Shown here piece by piece: positions 10,829 to 19,483 of a stretch of 64,000 bases of DNA. The stretch spans positions 26,749 through 90,748 of the IMG/VR virus record IMGVR_UViG_3300012000_000008; one strand, written 5' to 3'. Source of the DNA: a virus. Numbering within the stretch: position 1 is the first letter of the stretch; each line of letters opens with the position of its first letter. The notes under the pieces were generated by a model that saw nothing but the letters and a program-made list of their open reading frames with translations, was not told where the DNA came from and made no database searches. The position numbers and the translations under genes were made by a program.

Positions 10829-11138
10829 TTTAAATAATATGAAATTAGGCTGGTTTGTAGGTAATTTTGAACCAACAGCATTTAAAACAAGTAATTTTGA
10901 AGTTTCCTATAAACTACACAGAAAAAATGAAAAATGGGATAAACATTTTCATACCACAGTAACTGAAATAAACTTAATCATAAGAGGAAAAATGAAAATA
11001 CAAGGCAAATTGCTCTTTAGTCATGATATTTTTATTTTAGAGCCTTATGAAATTGCGGACCCTGAATTTTTACAAGATACAGAAATTATTTGTGTTAAAA
11101 CACCTTCAGCTAACGATAAAGTGGTTGTTAAATTTTAA
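10815..11138 (+). CDS. Small cupin protein (capsule-cluster type)
   Basis: Motifs GWFVGNFEP, HFH...TEIN and VKTPS..DK. Confidence 0.75.
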   Translation: MKLFNLNNMKLGWFVGNFEPTAFKTSNFEVSYKLHRKNEKWDKHFHTTVTEINLIIRGKMKIQGKLLFSHDIFILEPYEIADPEFLQDTEIICVKTPSANDKVVVKF

Positions 11139-11907
11139 TTTTATATTTATTATCTAAGAAACCACTAACACTTAAACAATCATACTCTAATTTGTAAGAG
11201 ACCAATTTATTATCATTAACAACATTTGTATTCTTATAACCTTCAATTAACATTAATGCAGGTGTGCCACCACCAACAGACCCCTCAATTACATAAGGCA
11301 TAAAAGCAGTTTTCATTTTTTTAAGCTCATTTTTTAAGGTAAAGCTACTTCTTACAAAATAACATCCTTCTTTTATTAAATTAAATGTAGAATCAATATT
11401 ATTAGTAAAAAATTCTTTAAAAATAGTTTCAGTATAGATATTATTTTTAACCTTAACAAAATTTTTTAAAGTATTTTTATCTATGCTTTGATAAACACAT
11501 AAAATATCAAAAACTTTATTTATCAAAAAAGAGTCTATATCTTTAATTATTATATTGTCTGTATCTACCTGTAACACATGTTCATAGCTGTCTAAAAATT
11601 CTAACACCATGAGATGTTTTAAGCAGTTAGCAATTGAACCTGTTTTTCTGAAAAACATTTCATTTATTTTTTTACTATTTGGATGTTTAGGTACAAGAGT
11701 GTCAGCCTTATAAAACTCAAAAAAATCATATGTAAATACTTTAAAGTCTTTACACTTTAAAGACAAATATTTTTTTTCTTCTTCATTATTTACAACAAAT
11801 CTACAATGCATAGATGTATTTGGATTACTAATACGCAAACTTAAATACAGTCTTTCTAAAAAATTAAAATATTTTTTATTGCAGCTTGTTATTACTATTG
11901 CAGACAT
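11128..11907 (-). CDS. Putative nucleotide-diphospho-sugar transferase
   Basis: VLQVDTDNII DxD motif; island context. Confidence 0.45.
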   Translation of the reverse strand: MSAIVITSCNKKYFNFLERLYLSLRISNPNTSMHCRFVVNNEEEKKYLSLKCKDFKVFTYDFFEFYKADTLVPKHPNSKKINEMFFRKTGSIANCLKHLMVLEFLDSYEHVLQVDTDNIIIKDIDSFLINKVFDILCVYQSIDKNTLKNFVKVKNNIYTETIFKEFFTNNIDSTFNLIKEGCYFVRSSFTLKNELKKMKTAFMPYVIEGSVGGGTPALMLIEGYKNTNVVNDNKLVSYKLEYDCLSVSGFLDNKYKIKI

Positions 11908-11943
11908 AGTTGATATTGTTTAAATATATATAATAATTATCTT

Positions 11944-12600
11944 GTGCATAGTAAATATCTATTTTTAGTACCTCATGCAGATGATGAAGCACTAGGGTTT
12001 GGTGGAACTATTGCAAAATTATGTGAAAAAGGCAATGAAGTAACTGTTGCTATTGTGCAAGCACCAAACAACAGTCGTGCTGCTAAACAACTTGAAAATG
12101 CTTTTAAAGCTAAAGAAATTTTAGGCTATAAAGATTTAGATTTTATTTCTATACCCAATGATGTATTTTGTAATGATTTATTTTTCTTAAAGAACAAAAT
12201 TGAAGATTATATTTTATCTAAAACACCTACAGTGATTTACACTTCTTTTGTTGCAGATAATCACCAAGACCATAAAAATCTTTACAGAGCTGTATCAATT
12301 GCATGCAGACCTTCTGGACCATGCAAATCAGTAAGAACTATTTTTGCCGGAGAAATAATTTCTTCTTATGATCAATCATTAGGAGTAGAAAGAATAATTT
12401 TTACACCTAATTACTATGAAACACTTGAATTAAGCCATATAAACAAAAAAATCATGGCATTGGAAGCATATGAATATGAGATACAAGCCTCTCCTCACCC
12501 AAGGTCAAAAGAATCAATAGTTGCCAAGAGTATAGTAAGGGGATCAGAAAGCAACAGCATGTATGCTGAAGCTTTTATGATGCTAAGAACTATAATTTAG
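11944..12600 (+). CDS. PIG-L/LmbE family deacetylase
   Basis: PHADDEALG, HQDH and PHPRS...AEAF. Confidence 0.9.
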   Translation: MHSKYLFLVPHADDEALGFGGTIAKLCEKGNEVTVAIVQAPNNSRAAKQLENAFKAKEILGYKDLDFISIPNDVFCNDLFFLKNKIEDYILSKTPTVIYTSFVADNHQDHKNLYRAVSIACRPSGPCKSVRTIFAGEIISSYDQSLGVERIIFTPNYYETLELSHINKKIMALEAYEYEIQASPHPRSKESIVAKSIVRGSESNSMYAEAFMMLRTII

Positions 12601-13384
12601 AAAGTTCATCTTTATACTGTTTTAAAAATTTTAATAAAATATTATAGCCTGAAGGGCCATTATTTTTTAAAACACTACTTAAAACAAAACTGCTAAAATT
12701 ATCTTTTATTTTGTCGGAATTAACTAAGAAAGGTTTTTTATCACCACCAAAATGTAAAAATTTTATATCTGTATGAATATTTTTTTTATTAATAAAAGGC
12801 GTAGATAAAAAATAATTTTCTGGTAACATAGTAACTTTATCATTAAAAAAAGCATTAAGAGGGCCTTGATTACCTAGCCAGCTGTTAACACTACTTATTT
12901 TTAATAATTCCTCTACGACACTATCATTCAAGTATTTTTTACCTATTACCATTAATCCAGCATTAAATGATTTGTCCGGACAAAACCCAGAGTAATTAAA
13001 ATTTTTACTATTAACACCGTCAGGATGTGGGTGATATACTGCACCAAAATCACATTGTAAATCAAAAAGTTCATTTATGTTTGACAAACATATCATATCC
13101 AAATCTAAAAAAATAATTTTTTCATAATTTTTAAGTCTAAAAATATTGTATCTAACCAAAGGATTAATGTTCCATTTTCTAACAGCCCGGCCACAAAACT
13201 TTGGCATTGCAGGCTCATCAATAAAAAGCACATTATTACATAATTGCTTATTTTTAACTGTTATTTTTTCTTCTTCTATAGCTAAAAAGTCAAACTTTTT
13301 TGATGTGTTGCGTATGATGGTATTTTGTAAAACTTTAAGTGCAGGAATGTAGTTGTTAGAAACAGTAACTACTATAGCTTGCAT
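12590..13384 (-). CDS. Glycosyltransferase family 8 (paralog of 6179..6961)
   Basis: FLDLDMI, FNAGLMVIGKKYL, GNQG and HFGGDKKP. Confidence 0.85.
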   Translation of the reverse strand: MQAIVVTVSNNYIPALKVLQNTIIRNTSKKFDFLAIEEEKITVKNKQLCNNVLFIDEPAMPKFCGRAVRKWNINPLVRYNIFRLKNYEKIIFLDLDMICLSNINELFDLQCDFGAVYHPHPDGVNSKNFNYSGFCPDKSFNAGLMVIGKKYLNDSVVEELLKISSVNSWLGNQGPLNAFFNDKVTMLPENYFLSTPFINKKNIHTDIKFLHFGGDKKPFLVNSDKIKDNFSSFVLSSVLKNNGPSGYNILLKFLKQYKDELSKL

Positions 13385-13463
13385 AAATTATATTAATACT
13401 TTTCTACTTGCAATCAAGAAAAAGAAATGTTGAATTTTAAAATTTAAAGATTAATATAGATAT

Positions 13464-13664
13464 ATGCACATTGAGAAGTATACAGCTTATGTTAAAGATA
13501 CCCTAACCAAAAAAAGTTTTAAACTTTCCATGGATGGAGACTGCCCCATGGAAGCACACAAGAGTTTCTACAATAGAATTAACAACTATCAAGAAATTGT
13601 TAAAATTACTGATGCCAGTAATGCTACCATATATGACTCAAACACAGGCTTCATAAATAGTTAA
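13464..13664 (+). CDS. Hypothetical protein
   Basis: 66-aa ORF with a promoter-like element upstream. Confidence 0.55.
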   Translation: MHIEKYTAYVKDTLTKKSFKLSMDGDCPMEAHKSFYNRINNYQEIVKITDASNATIYDSNTGFINS

Positions 13665-13844
13665 ATGATCATAGATTTTTTTGATGAAGCCAAACCTTGC
13701 CCTCCTGAAATTAAAAATTGTGAAGAACTCAGAAAGCAATACAAGCAGGATTTAAATTCTTTAAACCCCAGAACATGCAAACCTTGCCAGCTAACCAGCC
13801 TAAAAAACAAATATCTCAACATTATACAACACAAAGATAAATGA
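13665..13844 (+). CDS. Small Cys-containing protein (59 aa, not in ORF track)
   Basis: MIIDFFDEAKPCPPEIKNCEEL...CKPC fills the gap exactly between two genes. Confidence 0.6.
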   Translation: MIIDFFDEAKPCPPEIKNCEELRKQYKQDLNSLNPRTCKPCQLTSLKNKYLNIIQHKDK

Positions 13845-14158
13845 TTGAAGCACTAACAGTTTATTTTGTAGCCCAAGCTGCAACTGTGTTTTGGTTTTAT
13901 TCACCCATTAAAACTTCATTGTTTTATATGTTTACTAAAGAACACACTTTTAATAGTGACAATTTTGATTTACTTTTATTGTCCAAAAGCTCATTATTCA
14001 AAGTCTTGACTTGCACTTTTTGTTTCAGTTTCTGGACCAGCATTGCTGTTGCATGTGTGATATCACATGATGCAAAATCTTTTATTTTTAATCTGTCATT
14101 TACCATTGTGATGGTATATCTTTATGAGCAAATTTTAAATTTCTTAAAGAAAGGTTGA
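13841..14158 (+). CDS. Small membrane protein with CxxC motif
   Basis: Hydrophobic segments; LTCTFCFSFW. Confidence 0.6.
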   Translation: MIEALTVYFVAQAATVFWFYSPIKTSLFYMFTKEHTFNSDNFDLLLLSKSSLFKVLTCTFCFSFWTSIAVACVISHDAKSFIFNLSFTIVMVYLYEQILNFLKKG

Positions 14159-14188
14159 TTAAATAATTTTTTATAATATCATATTTTT

Positions 14189-14365
14189 ATGACAGAAAAC
14201 CAAGAGCTACAAACTGAACTAACTGTGCAAGATTTGAGAATTGTTGCCAATTTAATTGAATTGGCATCTGGCAAAGGCCTTCTAAAGGCCAGTGATTTGA
14301 CTGTGGTGGGCAAGGTGTTTGATAAGATTGCTGCTGTATTGAAGATGCTAAAACATGAAGTTTGA
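14189..14365 (+). CDS. Small conserved phage protein (58 aa, not in ORF track)
   Basis: MTENQELQTELTVQDLRIVANLIELASGKG...VGKVFDKI resembles small myovirus proteins. Confidence 0.6.
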   Translation: MTENQELQTELTVQDLRIVANLIELASGKGLLKASDLTVVGKVFDKIAAVLKMLKHEV

Positions 14366-14567
14366 ATTGGTAACTGTTGAGAATACTGATCATGGTGTGC
14401 ATGTTAAAGTGCTTGCCAACAACAAAGAAGTGGGCATTTTATATTTGAGCCATGATGAAGTTGATGCATTGTTAGATCTGATACGCCATGGAGCAGTCAA
14501 CAGCTCCACAGAATTTAAAGACTCTTTGTTTTTAGACAGTCTTTATGATGAAGATGATGACAGTTAA
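14355..14567 (+). CDS. Hypothetical protein
   Basis: Acidic 70-aa ORF in an operon. Confidence 0.55.
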   Translation: MKFELVTVENTDHGVHVKVLANNKEVGILYLSHDEVDALLDLIRHGAVNSSTEFKDSLFLDSLYDEDDDS

Positions 14568-14599
14568 TCAAACTGTCTTTTTTTTGATTAAATATATTA

Positions 14600-14815
14600 A
14601 TGAAGAAGATAGACCTTGTAGAGTCTATATGTGAAGAGTTTACAGATGTTGTCATAACTGACAAGAAGAAGAACTCTGTAATATTGCATTTGCCTAAAAA
14701 ATATTTTAAAGAACTCAATAACCGTTTGACTGACAAGGGGTTTGAGCTTACTTTTAAAAAAGCTGTTAGCCCTAGCCACATTACTGTGTCTTATACACTC
14801 ATAAAAAACAAGTAG
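14600..14815 (+). CDS. Hypothetical protein
   Basis: 71-aa ORF preceded by TAAATA. Confidence 0.55.
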   Translation: MKKIDLVESICEEFTDVVITDKKKNSVILHLPKKYFKELNNRLTDKGFELTFKKAVSPSHITVSYTLIKNK

Positions 14816-14847
14816 ATTAATCTCTTAGTTTCCTTTATACTAATGTT

Positions 14848-15516
14848 ATGTTAGCATTTGATAAAGCTTCTCATAGCTACCGCAACATCTATACAGATGA
14901 GCAGTATATATCGGCAACCACTCTTCTGAATAAATTTAAAAAGAAGTTTGATGCCGATTTTCATGCCAAAAGAACTGCTGCCAAAGAAGGTGTTACTCCA
15001 GAAGAAATAAAAGCTCGTTGGAAGAAAATGAATGAAGAAAGCAAAGTCAAAGGCAGTGCCATTCATGAGGCCATTGATGCATTTAACAAAACTGGTGAAA
15101 TCAATGACCAGTACAAAGATCTGCTGGCCTCAGTTGCAGCATTAGGGTTATATGATGTTAGCAAGATCAAATGTGAAGAGTTAGTATACAATCATGTTTT
15201 TAAACTTGCTGGCACTGCTGATATTATTGAAGATTTAGGTTCCAGCTTCAATGTTTATGACTTTAAGACCAACAAGAAGTTTAATCTGTTCTCTCCTTAT
15301 GGTGCAAATCTCTTGGATCCTGTTTCTCATTTGAGTGACTGTGAATACAACATATATGCATTGCAATTGTCTTTGTATGCATTCATGTACAAGAGCATGA
15401 CAGGCAAAAGAGTGGGCAAATTAGCCATCATTTACCTGACCCCTGAGAGCAAAACTGAAATATATCAAGCTCCTTATTTGTACACTGACATTAAGAATTT
15501 GTTAGTCCATGTCTAG
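14848..15516 (+). CDS. PD-(D/E)XK exonuclease
   Basis: GSAIHE, LAGTAD, YDFKT and YALQLSLY. Confidence 0.85.
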   Translation: MLAFDKASHSYRNIYTDEQYISATTLLNKFKKKFDADFHAKRTAAKEGVTPEEIKARWKKMNEESKVKGSAIHEAIDAFNKTGEINDQYKDLLASVAALGLYDVSKIKCEELVYNHVFKLAGTADIIEDLGSSFNVYDFKTNKKFNLFSPYGANLLDPVSHLSDCEYNIYALQLSLYAFMYKSMTGKRVGKLAIIYLTPESKTEIYQAPYLYTDIKNLLVHV

Positions 15517-15955
15517 AATCAATTGGGATGTGCATGCCTTGCTACTAGCATGGGCTGCCACGTTGAGAAGTGAAGACCCTTACATGAAGGTGGGTGCCTG
15601 CGCCCTGGGCCATAGCAATGAAGTACTTGGTGTATCGTACAATGGATTGGCTCCAGGAAAAATTGTAACGGAAGAGTTTTGGGTTGACCGCAACAAACGC
15701 AGACCATTCATGATTCATGCTGAGGCCAATCTCTTGGCCAGAATTAAACGCAATGATGCCAAGACCATGGGTGTCACATTGCAACCTTGCAGTTGTTGCG
15801 CTCAAAGCATTGTGGCCCATGGTATTAAAAAAGTGGTATATACAGAGAAGTATGATTTTGACAAAGGAGGGTTAGACATATTAAAGTTTTATGGTGTGGA
15901 CCTCATTTGCATTCCTAAAGATTATATCATAAGTAAACTCAATGAGATTTCTTGA
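15509..15955 (+). CDS. dCMP deaminase
   Basis: RSEDPYMKVGA, HAE and PCSCC. Confidence 0.9.
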   Translation: MSRINWDVHALLLAWAATLRSEDPYMKVGACALGHSNEVLGVSYNGLAPGKIVTEEFWVDRNKRRPFMIHAEANLLARIKRNDAKTMGVTLQPCSCCAQSIVAHGIKKVVYTEKYDFDKGGLDILKFYGVDLICIPKDYIISKLNEIS

Positions 15956-16382
15956 CATTATTATTGACAATTCTCCTGTAAAAGAAGCCAAACTATATGG
16001 GCCTGCACAGAAAGCAGCTGAGAGGCCTGACTCAGGTGTTACCATTCAAAACCCTGCTGCTTACCATGTGATTCAAGATTGTGCCAATATTACTAAAAAG
16101 TATCTGCCTGTGTATATATTTGGTTTGTATGCCCATCCTTTTGAAGAACTCAAAGGTAAATTTAACTTTCAAGACATCAAAGAATTTGTAGATGCAGCTT
16201 TTTCAGATGTGACCATGAATCAATTGCTGGTCTTAATTCTGGATAAAGTTAAAAAACTGCCTTATGTGCCTGCCAAGAATGTTAATGATCCCTATGGTGA
16301 TTATGAAAGCTATGAAGGGGCAAATGAAAGAGATGTAGTGTCGCTGCTTTGCAGAGCGTTTAATGTCCCTGTGCTAAAGTAA
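15942..16382 (+). CDS. Hypothetical protein
   Basis: 146-aa ORF. Confidence 0.6.
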   Translation: MRFLDIIIDNSPVKEAKLYGPAQKAAERPDSGVTIQNPAAYHVIQDCANITKKYLPVYIFGLYAHPFEELKGKFNFQDIKEFVDAAFSDVTMNQLLVLILDKVKKLPYVPAKNVNDPYGDYESYEGANERDVVSLLCRAFNVPVLK

Positions 16383-16383
16383 C

Positions 16384-16683
16384 TTAAACTAGTTCTTTAG
16401 CAACTTTTATGGGCTTGAAATTCAAATCCAATTTGAATGCATTTACTGCTCTCCCATCATCAAAATGTTTGATGAACTCAGATGCAGTTTTATTCAACTT
16501 GGCTTTGAATGCCTGGGTTTTGCTTCTGTTTTTGACCAATAGATAGGCATAATCAGGAAAAACACCAACTTTGTCCAAATTGCGAACTCTGTCTCTCAGA
16601 GCTCTGGCAATGGCACAATTCTGAGGATTGGTTCTTTCTCCTTCATTTATATGCTTATCTTTGATGCCGAGGTTTAATCTCAT
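16384..16683 (-). CDS. Hypothetical protein
   Basis: 99-aa ORF with CAIARAL motif; TAAATA upstream. Confidence 0.6.
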   Translation of the reverse strand: MRLNLGIKDKHINEGERTNPQNCAIARALRDRVRNLDKVGVFPDYAYLLVKNRSKTQAFKAKLNKTASEFIKHFDDGRAVNAFKLDLNFKPIKVAKELV

Positions 16684-16716
16684 GTAATTATTTAGGCGTA
16701 AGAATAAATAATTTTA

Positions 16717-17076
16717 ATGAAACTCATAGTACCTTTTATTACTTTGCAAGAACAACTCAGAGTATTTCACTGGCAAAGCAACACATATGGCCAACACAAA
16801 GCTTTTGGCAAAGCATATGAACACTTGGGCGATCTCATTGATTCTTTTGTAGAAGTATATTCTGGTAAATATGGCAAACCCAAAGCCAAATTAAAATATA
16901 ATTTTTCACTGAGTAATTTTGAAGAAGGGTATGTGGAATTTATTGACAGCGGTTTAAGCTTCCTGGATTCTTTAGAGGAGGACCTGGATCTGGCCAAGGA
17001 CAGTGATTTGCTTAACATTCGTGATGAAATGAAAGCAGTGTTGAATAGATTGAAGTACCTGTTAACATTGAAGTAA
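16717..17076 (+). CDS. Ferritin/Dps-like four-helix protein (phage DUF5856 type)
   Basis: VFHWQ...HKAFG...IDSFVEVYSG...LLNIRDEM...KYLLTL. Confidence 0.75.
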   Translation: MKLIVPFITLQEQLRVFHWQSNTYGQHKAFGKAYEHLGDLIDSFVEVYSGKYGKPKAKLKYNFSLSNFEEGYVEFIDSGLSFLDSLEEDLDLAKDSDLLNIRDEMKAVLNRLKYLLTLK

Positions 17077-17429
17077 TGCAACACGGTTATTGGAGTTATT
17101 GTAACACAGGAAAATGCTCTGTGTGCAATACACCATGGCCTGTAAAATTTAAAAGCCCCACAGTAACATATTTGGAATCAACAGGTTATTGCAACAACTA
17201 CCGTTCTGTATATTTTCCTAGCAATGCAGGTGATGGTTTGGAGCATGTAGGCGGGGTTTTTCATGGCGGTGAGTTGCAGCTACCTGCAGGTATCACAGGA
17301 GAAGAATTAATACTTTTAAGAAAGCAATTGAATGAAGATTATAAACACTTGGAGGGTAGATCAGGTGGTTTAGAAGAATGTAAAAAAAGAAGTGCCTTGG
17401 AAGGTTATAATCTGGATAATATTAAATAA
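17076..17429 (+). CDS. Hypothetical Cys-containing protein
   Basis: 117-aa ORF coupled to the upstream gene. Confidence 0.5.
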   Translation: MQHGYWSYCNTGKCSVCNTPWPVKFKSPTVTYLESTGYCNNYRSVYFPSNAGDGLEHVGGVFHGGELQLPAGITGEELILLRKQLNEDYKHLEGRSGGLEECKKRSALEGYNLDNIK

Positions 17430-17447
17430 CTGCTATAATGTGACTAT

Positions 17448-17518
17448 GCCCCTATGGTGTAATGGTAGCACTGATCCCTTTCAAGGATCTAGCCTCGGGT
17501 CAGAACCGGGTAGGGGTA
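17448..17518 (+). tRNA. trnE: tRNA-Glu(TTC) with atypical T-loop
   Basis: Acceptor GCCCCTA/TAGGGGT; anticodon arm GATCC-CTTTCAA-GGATC; T-loop GTCAGAA. Confidence 0.85.
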
Positions 17519-17537
17519 ATGAGTTCTTTTACAGATT

Positions 17538-17615
17538 TGCTGGGTGGGCGTTTTAGCACTTTCCTTGCTCTTTAGAGCAACCGAAGAGAGAAGTGCGCCA
17601 GATCGTTCACCAGCA
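17538..17615 (+). ncRNA. Putative structured RNA of unknown family inside the tRNA cluster
   Basis: Nested stems TGCTGG(G)TGGGCG/CGTTCACCAGCA, GCACTT/AAGTGC and TTGCTC-TTTA-GAGCAA; GC-rich. Confidence 0.5.
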
Positions 17616-17619
17616 TGTT

Positions 17620-17703
17620 GGGCAGGTCGCATAGCGGCAATTGCCGGTGACTGTAGATCACCTCTCTTAATTGAGTACGAAGGTTCGAGTCCTTCCCTGC
17701 CCA
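17620..17703 (+). tRNA. trnY: tRNA-Tyr(GTA)
   Basis: GGGCAGG/CCTGCCC; GGTGA-CTGTAGA-TCACC; long variable arm; TTCGAGT T-loop. Confidence 0.92.
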
Positions 17704-17713
17704 TTTTTTTAAT

Positions 17714-17795
17714 TCCTAGGTGGCGGAATGGTAGACGCACCGGACTGTTAATCCGGCGTAGAAATACACTGTTGGTTCAAGTCCAACCCTAGGAG
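17714..17795 (+). tRNA. trnN: tRNA-Asn(GTT) with extended variable arm
   Basis: TCCTAGG/CCTAGGA; CCGGA-CTGTTAA-TCCGG; variable region CGTAGAAATACACT. Confidence 0.88.
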
Positions 17796-17802
17796 CGTTT
17801 AT

Positions 17803-17883
17803 GCCGGGGTGCCAGAGCGGTCAAATGGACCTGATTTGTAATCAGGCGCGCAAGCTACGCAGGTTCAAATCCTGTCCCCGGCC
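17803..17883 (+). tRNA. trnT: tRNA-Thr(TGT) with extended variable arm
   Basis: GCCGGGG/CCCCGGC; CCTGA-TTTGTAA-TCAGG; variable region CGCGCAAGCTAC. Confidence 0.85.
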
Positions 17884-17895
17884 CATTATTTTTTT

Positions 17896-17966
17896 TGCCT
17901 TGTGGTGTAATGGTAACACAACAGACTCTGGATCTGTTTTTCTTGGTTCAAGTCCAAGCAAGGCAG
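17896..17966 (+). tRNA. trnQ: tRNA-Gln(CTG)
   Basis: TGCCTTG/CAAGGCA; ACAGA-CTCTGGA-TCTGT. Confidence 0.92.
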
Positions 17967-17975
17967 AGTTGAATT

Positions 17976-18977
17976 GTGATGAATAGCTTATACAATAATA
18001 CAGTGAAACATTGTTTGGTATTGGGTGCAGGCGGTTTTATTGGCAGTCATTTAGTTACGAAACTTGTGAACCAAGGATGTTGGGTCAGAGGGGTAGACAT
18101 TAAAACCCCAGAGTATGATGCTACAGATGCACATGAATTTCTTACTTTTGATTTGAGAAATGCTGCACTAGTAGCAGAATCATTTGATTTTCTACCTAGA
18201 AATGTTGTGTTTGATGAAGTGTATCAATTGGCAGCTGACATGGGTGGTGCTGGTTATATTTTCTCCGGTGAACATGATGCTGATGTGATGCACAATTCAG
18301 CGCTCATCAATTTGCATGTGTGTGAACATGCAGTGAAATTCAAGGCCAAGAAAGTGTTCTATTCTTCTTCTGCTTGCATGTATCCTGAACACAATCAAAT
18401 GGATCCTAACAACCCTAATTGTGCGGAGCATTCTGCTTACCCTGCCAACCCTGACAGTGAATATGGCTGGGAGAAACTGTTCAGTGAACGCTTGTATTTG
18501 GCTTTTCACCGCAATTATGGGTTGGATGTGCGCATTGCACGTTTTCACAACATATTTGGACCTCTGGGTTCATGGAACAATGGCAAAGAGAAAGCACCTG
18601 CTGCTATATGCAGAAAAGTAGCACAAGCTGCAAATCATGGTGAAATAGAGATTTGGGGTGATGGCAACCAAACTCGCAGTTTTCTCTACATAGAAGAATG
18701 TTTAGAAGCAGTGGAAAGGCTCGTGAATTCAAGTTTCTTGGGTCCAGTAAATATTGGCTCAGAAGAAATGATCACTATCAATGAATTGGTTGATAAAGTG
18801 AGTAAAATTGCAGGTAAATCATTGACCAAGAAGCATATACCAGGACCACTGGGTGTCAGGGGCCGCAATTCAGATAATAAACTCATTAAAGAAAAGCTTG
18901 GCTGGGCTCCTCATTTGCCAGTAGAATATGGATTGCAAAAAACCTATGAATGGATTCATTCACAGGTGAACAAATAA
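17976..18977 (+). CDS. GDP-mannose 3,5-epimerase-like NAD-dependent epimerase
   Basis: GAGGFIG, QLAADMGGAGYI, SSSACMYPE, YGWEK and EKAPAAICRK. Confidence 0.9.
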   Translation: MMNSLYNNTVKHCLVLGAGGFIGSHLVTKLVNQGCWVRGVDIKTPEYDATDAHEFLTFDLRNAALVAESFDFLPRNVVFDEVYQLAADMGGAGYIFSGEHDADVMHNSALINLHVCEHAVKFKAKKVFYSSSACMYPEHNQMDPNNPNCAEHSAYPANPDSEYGWEKLFSERLYLAFHRNYGLDVRIARFHNIFGPLGSWNNGKEKAPAAICRKVAQAANHGEIEIWGDGNQTRSFLYIEECLEAVERLVNSSFLGPVNIGSEEMITINELVDKVSKIAGKSLTKKHIPGPLGVRGRNSDNKLIKEKLGWAPHLPVEYGLQKTYEWIHSQVNK

Positions 18978-19094
18978 TTAATATTGTATCAACTTTTTGT
19001 TTATAATTTTTTTTACAATGTCTAGAAATAGAAAAGTTATTTTTAACCCCTGTTAGGTGCTTGATAATTTTGAATTTACAATTAAAATTTAAAT

Positions 19095-19172
19095 GTGCCT
19101 GTAGCTCAGTAATTTTAGAGCAATGCCCTTCTAAGGCATAGGTCGTGGGGGAGGAGCCCACCAGGCACGCCA
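19095..19172 (+). tRNA. trnR: tRNA-Arg(TCT) with atypical D- and T-loops and encoded CCA
   Basis: GTGCCTG/CAGGCAC-G-CCA; ATGCC-CTTCTAA-GGCAT; T-loop GGAGGAG; D-loop lacks GG. Confidence 0.85.
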
Positions 19173-19204
19173 TTGATTTTGCATATTTATATATAAATGT
19201 TTAT

Positions 19205-19477
19205 ATGTCTGACAGAATAAATAATTTTATGAGAGATTGTGCATGGGTCAGAGCTGGTTTATATTTTCTAATTGCTGCTATTCCTGCACTCATGGTGGAT
19301 TTGCAACAATATAAATCTTTTGCTGATATTTCTGACATTGCTTTAGCAGTTATAATTGGCAATTTTATTCTGCAAGGTCTCATTGCAGTCAGGGCTTTTA
19401 TTGACCAATCTTTGAGCCGAGTTCAAAAGGAAAAGAAAGAAAAGAAAGTAGAACTCATAAACGAAAAGACTAATTAA
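19205..19477 (+). CDS. Putative holin (2 TM, charged C-tail)
   Basis: Two hydrophobic helices and a KEKKEKK tail, upstream of the endolysin. Start moved to ATG 19205 because the longer ORF overlaps the tRNA. Confidence 0.5.
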   Translation: MSDRINNFMRDCAWVRAGLYFLIAAIPALMVDLQQYKSFADISDIALAVIIGNFILQGLIAVRAFIDQSLSRVQKEKKEKKVELINEKTN

Positions 19478-19483
19478 TTATAT

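Noticed and set aside
14848-15516. Cas4 / CRISPR link
   Set aside because: Lacks the four-Cys Fe-S motif, and no array is nearby.
17448-17518. Possible opal (TCA) suppressor tRNA
   Set aside because: The GATCC/GGATC stem fixes the loop as CT-TTC-AA, which is Glu.
17489-17986. ORFs 17489..17740, 17544..17792 and 17801..17986
   Set aside because: They overlap well-formed tRNA genes.
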